From Podarcis tiliguerta (taxonomy: Eukaryota): DNA of 64,000 nt. A program made the position numbers and the translations under genes. The notes under the pieces are model-generated. The model worked only from the letters and a program-made list of their open reading frames with translations, had not been told where the DNA came from and did not search any database. Below, one piece after another: positions 59,816 to 64,000 of the stretch. The stretch is from the NCBI GenBank assembly GCA_965153285.1, contig OZ229121.1; one strand, given 5' to 3'. The first letter of the stretch is position 1; each line of letters begins with the position of its first letter.

Positions 59816-60105
59816 AGGTAAAGGGTAAAGGGACCCCTGACCATTAGGTCCAGTTGCGGACGACTCTGGGGTTGCGGCGCTCATCTCGCTTTACTGGCCA
59901 AGGGAGCGGGCGTACAGCTTCCAGGTCATGTGGCCAGCATGACTAAGCCGCTTCTGGCGAGCCAGAGCAGCGCACGGAAACACCATTTACCTTTCCGTTG
60001 GAGCGGTACCAATTTATCAACTTGCACTTTGACGTGCTTTCGAACTGCTAGGTTGGCAGGAGCTGGGACCGAGCAACGGTTTAACCCACAGCACCACCGC
60101 ATCCC
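59816..60105 (-). mobile_element. Sauria SINE with internal deletion
   Basis: Reverse complement of the 46081 copy, lacking ~60 bp that includes the B box. Confidence 0.9.
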
Positions 60106-61799
60106 TAACATATTAGTGCATATCTGTGACTTAGTCAATATTCTTTTCTCTTTTTTTGAGTGGTAGCAATATACCACTATATTATATTATATTAATTGCT
60201 AATTATGCAAATAAATTTGTAATATACAGTTATTGACTCACACTTGCATGCATGAAAGGGTTAACAAGCTCAGGTTGCCAGTGGGGGTGGAGCTTAGCAA
60301 GCTCCCAGTAGCATTTTGTTTCCTTCCTCCCAGTGTCTTCCTCTTCATGCTTCCTGGAAGAAGGATCCACACAGAACTAATTCTACTTTTGTCTCCATCC
60401 TCCTCACTGATGTTCTACAAAGGCTGCTGACAGGTGGCCACCACTCCTTGAACTGGGGACAAGCTGCTGGGGACAGACTGAGATTTGTGGGGCCGTCCCC
60501 CATTTTCCCTAACAGCAGCCTCTACTGCCTAAAGGTGACTGAAAGTATGATTGCATGTCCCATATAGACCTGCCAACCAAAGAACACTGGTCTTGCCAGG
60601 TGAAGTTGGTGCAAAGTGTTCCTGAGGTCACGTGTAGCAATTAATCCTGGATTATCCTGAGGCCATTAGCCTGAATTATGAGGGAAGACTAAATCAGCAA
60701 AGGTGGATATGAATTCCACTCACAATAGTTATATTCATGCTGGCAAGCACATCTGCATTAGCAAGCAAGGCAGGTGGAAAACAATCCCAAATAAAGTGTA
60801 CGGGCTGACTGAACTCTTGACTCCATTCTTAAAGATGGTTATTATCAGTGCTGTTTCAAAATCTGTCATCCAGTTTGTCATATGAAAGAGGCATCTGTCT
60901 CTTTCTTAGGGGCACTTGGGGATGATTATGTTGTTGTCAATGTGAAGAAGAAGAAGAGTTTGGATTTGATATCCCGCCTTTCACTCCCTTTAAGGAGTCT
61001 CAAAGCGGCTAACATTCTCCTTTCCCTTCCTCCCCCACAACAAACACTGGGGTTTTGATCTTACCATTGTGAGGAGGCTAAGGGCAGTCTGTGTGTGCCC
61101 CCCCCCGGTAGATATTTATCCAGCACCCTGCAGCCTCCCTGGGTGCCTGCACTTCCTAAAACACCTAATGGGAGAAGTGACCCCATGATATCTTCCCCAA
61201 GGCTTCAATTGATATTTTGGCACTCGGGAAGTTCCAAAGCCTAATTATAGGACAATGTCATGTTACACATAACTGCAACTGCAAGATGAGAAGTAATGAA
61301 AAAATATACAAATGAAAAAATCATCTCTGGTGTTCAGATCCTGCTTGCAGTTGGCCACTGTGGGCACAGAACACTGGATTATGTTCAGATCATAACAAGA
61401 AGTTGACCAGGTAAAAGTATTGCAAAACAATGGGATGTATATTGCTCACCTTCCCCCATCCCACAGATTAGCCAAAGTTAGCACATGAGCATAGTTGGTG
61501 GGTGAAACAAGTACTATTGCTTTCTGCAAGAGATCAGCTGGGTTTACTTTGCCAACAAGTATACTGCGAAATCTGTGGTCAAATAGCCCCACCCAGGTTC
61601 TATATAGACATTCTAATATCTTTGTATACATACCCTGTGAACCCTGGATCTTCTCTACACCCTGTAAACATGCAAATGCAAATTAAGGAGTGGTGCTTGC
61701 TTCCTTTTAGAAGGAAGGAAATTGAAGCAGAACATAAGTGTACCGATGTGATCTTACTAGGAGTTTACTAGAAAACAGACACCTGCTCCATCTATTGTA

Positions 61800-62280
61800 A
61801 TATTAATACATTTGTATACTACCCTTCATCTGTAGACTTCAGGGCGGTTCACAATCTAAAAATACAAGACGAAAAAACAAAGCAAGAACAAAAACCAATA
61901 CCGCCTCCAGCCCCTCCCACAACACATTTAAAAGGGCATTGGTTGTCAAGCAGCCAAAGGCCTGATTAAAAAGAAACACTTTCACATGGCACCTTAAAGG
62001 TGTATAATGAAGGTGGCAGCTGAACCTCCCTGGGGAAGGCATTCCACAAATGGGGAGCTATTGCAGAAAGGGCTCATTCTTGTGTTGCCATCCTCTGGAC
62101 CTCTTAAGAGGTACACAGAGAAGGGCCTCAGATGATGATCTTGGGGTCCCCGTAGGTTCATATGAAGAGAGGAAGTTCTTGAGGTATTGCGATCTTGAGC
62201 CATTTAAGGCTTTGTAGGTCAAAACCAGCACTTTGAATTGGGCCTGGAAATGAATTGGCAGCCAGCGCAAGCAATGCATA
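61800..62280 (-). mobile_element. L2-type LINE 3' end
   Basis: LRWLPIHFQAQFKVLVLTYKALNG...YL, followed by a frameshifted continuation ending in KVFLFNQAF. Confidence 0.85.
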
Positions 62281-62909
62281 CGTAAACATAATAAAAGGTA
62301 TCTATTTTAAGGTTTCTGTAGCTGTTGTTTTTGCCATAGTCCTGTTGTTACAATCACTTGCTATTCAATAACACTTTGATTTACTGCTATGATTCCCTCC
62401 CACCACCACCTTTGAATGAACTATATATCTGTGTGGTTTCTTTTGTTTTGCATTGCCTCTCTTTAAATAAAAATCCTTCCACATTCTCTAATTGATTGTA
62501 TTCAGCGCATAAGTGGTCCAAACCAATGCCAATATTGATTTTCGTCTCTTTTTTTTTGCTGTCAGTTGCAGAAAAAACAACAATGACTGCTCAGTGGTAA
62601 GCTTTGATATCAAAGTTTTGTTCATCTATTCTAGTAGTTTACACTCCATTAAAAAAATACTTGTAAATCATAACTGACACATGTAAGCTTTAATTTTCTC
62701 CCCATGGTAGAAGCTTTTGAAGCTGATGCAGAAGATTTCCTGTTGTTCTAAATGTATTCCCTTACTAACCTCGTCTTTAAATAGCTTGCTTAAACCAAGG
62801 CTGCCATCATGCAGTAGAAAACCCTATACTACATGTGTGTTGGCTCAGTTGCATTCCAGGTACAGGCATGGAGACAGTGCACATGACCGAAATGATGTAT
62901 ATGCTAACA

Positions 62910-63265
62910 TGTAAACACAAAAAGAGCCCTGCTACTAGGTAAGACCAAAGGCCTTTCTGGTCCAGCATTCTGTTCTCACACTGACCAACTAAACGCCTAT
63001 GGAGAGCCCTGATAGGATATGAGTGCAATAGCCAATTTCCTCGGTTGTTGCCCAGTAGTTGGTACTCAGAGCCATGCCATCTCTGATCCTGAAAGCAGAA
63101 CGTAGCCATCATCACTAGTAGCCATTAATAGTCACTTCCCTCCACATCTTGTTGCAGCAAATTCCATTGTTTAACCATGTGTCTGAAGTGGTACTTTTGT
63201 CCGTCTTGAATCTCCCACACTTTAGCTTCATTTGAAATGGAGAAAAAAACCTCTATCCACTTTCT
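62910..63265 (-). mobile_element. CR1-type LINE 3' fragment
   Basis: Reverse complement shares the TTGGTCAGTGTGAGAACAGAATGCTGGAC motif with the 33520 fragment. Confidence 0.65.
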
Positions 63266-64000
63266 CCTAAAGTAAACTGGTTTCATGGCATCTGTCATGT
63301 GGAGAACTCACTTGGATTGGCTTTATAAATACATGTTGCTCCCCTATGCTAGAGTCATCGAACTACTGTTCAGTACTGACTGTTCTGAATAGCAGCAGCT
63401 CTCTCTAAGGTATCAGATGATATTTTTCAGCTCTAGGGATTGTGCAAAGGTTCAAACCTGGAGCCTTCAGAATGGGCCCATTTGTAACACTACGATGGGT
63501 GCATTGTTTTCAAAAACAAAAAAAGGTGAGGAGTGCATAGTTTGGGGATTGCGATGCCTTCCTCTTGCTAAGTTTCCCATTATTAGAGTGAAAATGGGAG
63601 TTTGGGGTACCAGCTGACTATATAAAAGATTCCCCATCTTTAAGGGGATAGGATAGAGGATTTAAAATTGCTCCTAATGTATTTTGTATCATCAGTGTTG
63701 ATAAAAATGTTGCATTTTTATTTACATTGCCTTAACAGTGTAGTTCGGTAACTTGCAAACAACAGAAACGACATTTAATTTCTAATATATTTTGATAAAT
63801 GGTAACTAATGATAATGATAAATACCTTGTCTTGTCACTTTCTGCCATATGTTATTGTCTTAGTCAGAGTTATGTTTCTCATTCCACGTAAATTCAGTAC
63901 GGTCATTTTTCCAGGGTTTCTTTTTTAAAAAACTACATACTCTCTTTCCAGCCATATGGCTTGCACAGCCCATGAGAATTCAACAATTTAACTTTCAGCA

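Noticed and set aside
52400-64000. Start of the next gene (PTPRN2 expected from mammalian synteny)
   Set aside because: No CpG island or recognisable exon in this interval; mostly transposon relics.

Overview
Eukaryotic genomic DNA from a squamate reptile, probably a lacertid lizard (inferred from the Sauria SINE, BovB and MITE content). The + strand carries the last four coding exons and 3' UTR of ESYT2 (stop at 2915-2917). It then carries the complete NCAPG2 gene: CpG-island promoter at ~13.3-13.7 kb, a non-coding exon 1 and 27 coding exons from 15487 to 52019. My hand-spliced model is 3432 nt (1143 aa, or 1144 aa via a NAGNAG acceptor), with GT-AG introns and consistent phases. Introns and intergenic DNA are dense in transposons: TA-flanked Tc1/mariner-pogo MITEs, hAT MITEs, BovB, L1, L2 and CR1 LINE fragments, and several tRNA-derived SINEs. 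I do not see a convincing new multi-gene system. The best leads are (1) a CR1-like element whose ORF1 esterase region is fused directly to the CR1 3' tail with no ORF2, (2) a probable non-autonomous Helitron with a nested BovB in NCAPG2 intron 5, (3) SINEs with tRNA-Lys versus tRNA-Asn heads on a shared CR1-type tail, and (4) candidate NCAPG2/ESYT2 post-transcriptional controls (overlapping uORF, stop-free 90-nt intron, NAGNAG acceptor abutting a donor motif, competing donor). All coordinates were counted by eye; gene identities rest on recalled similarity to vertebrate orthologues, not on a database search.
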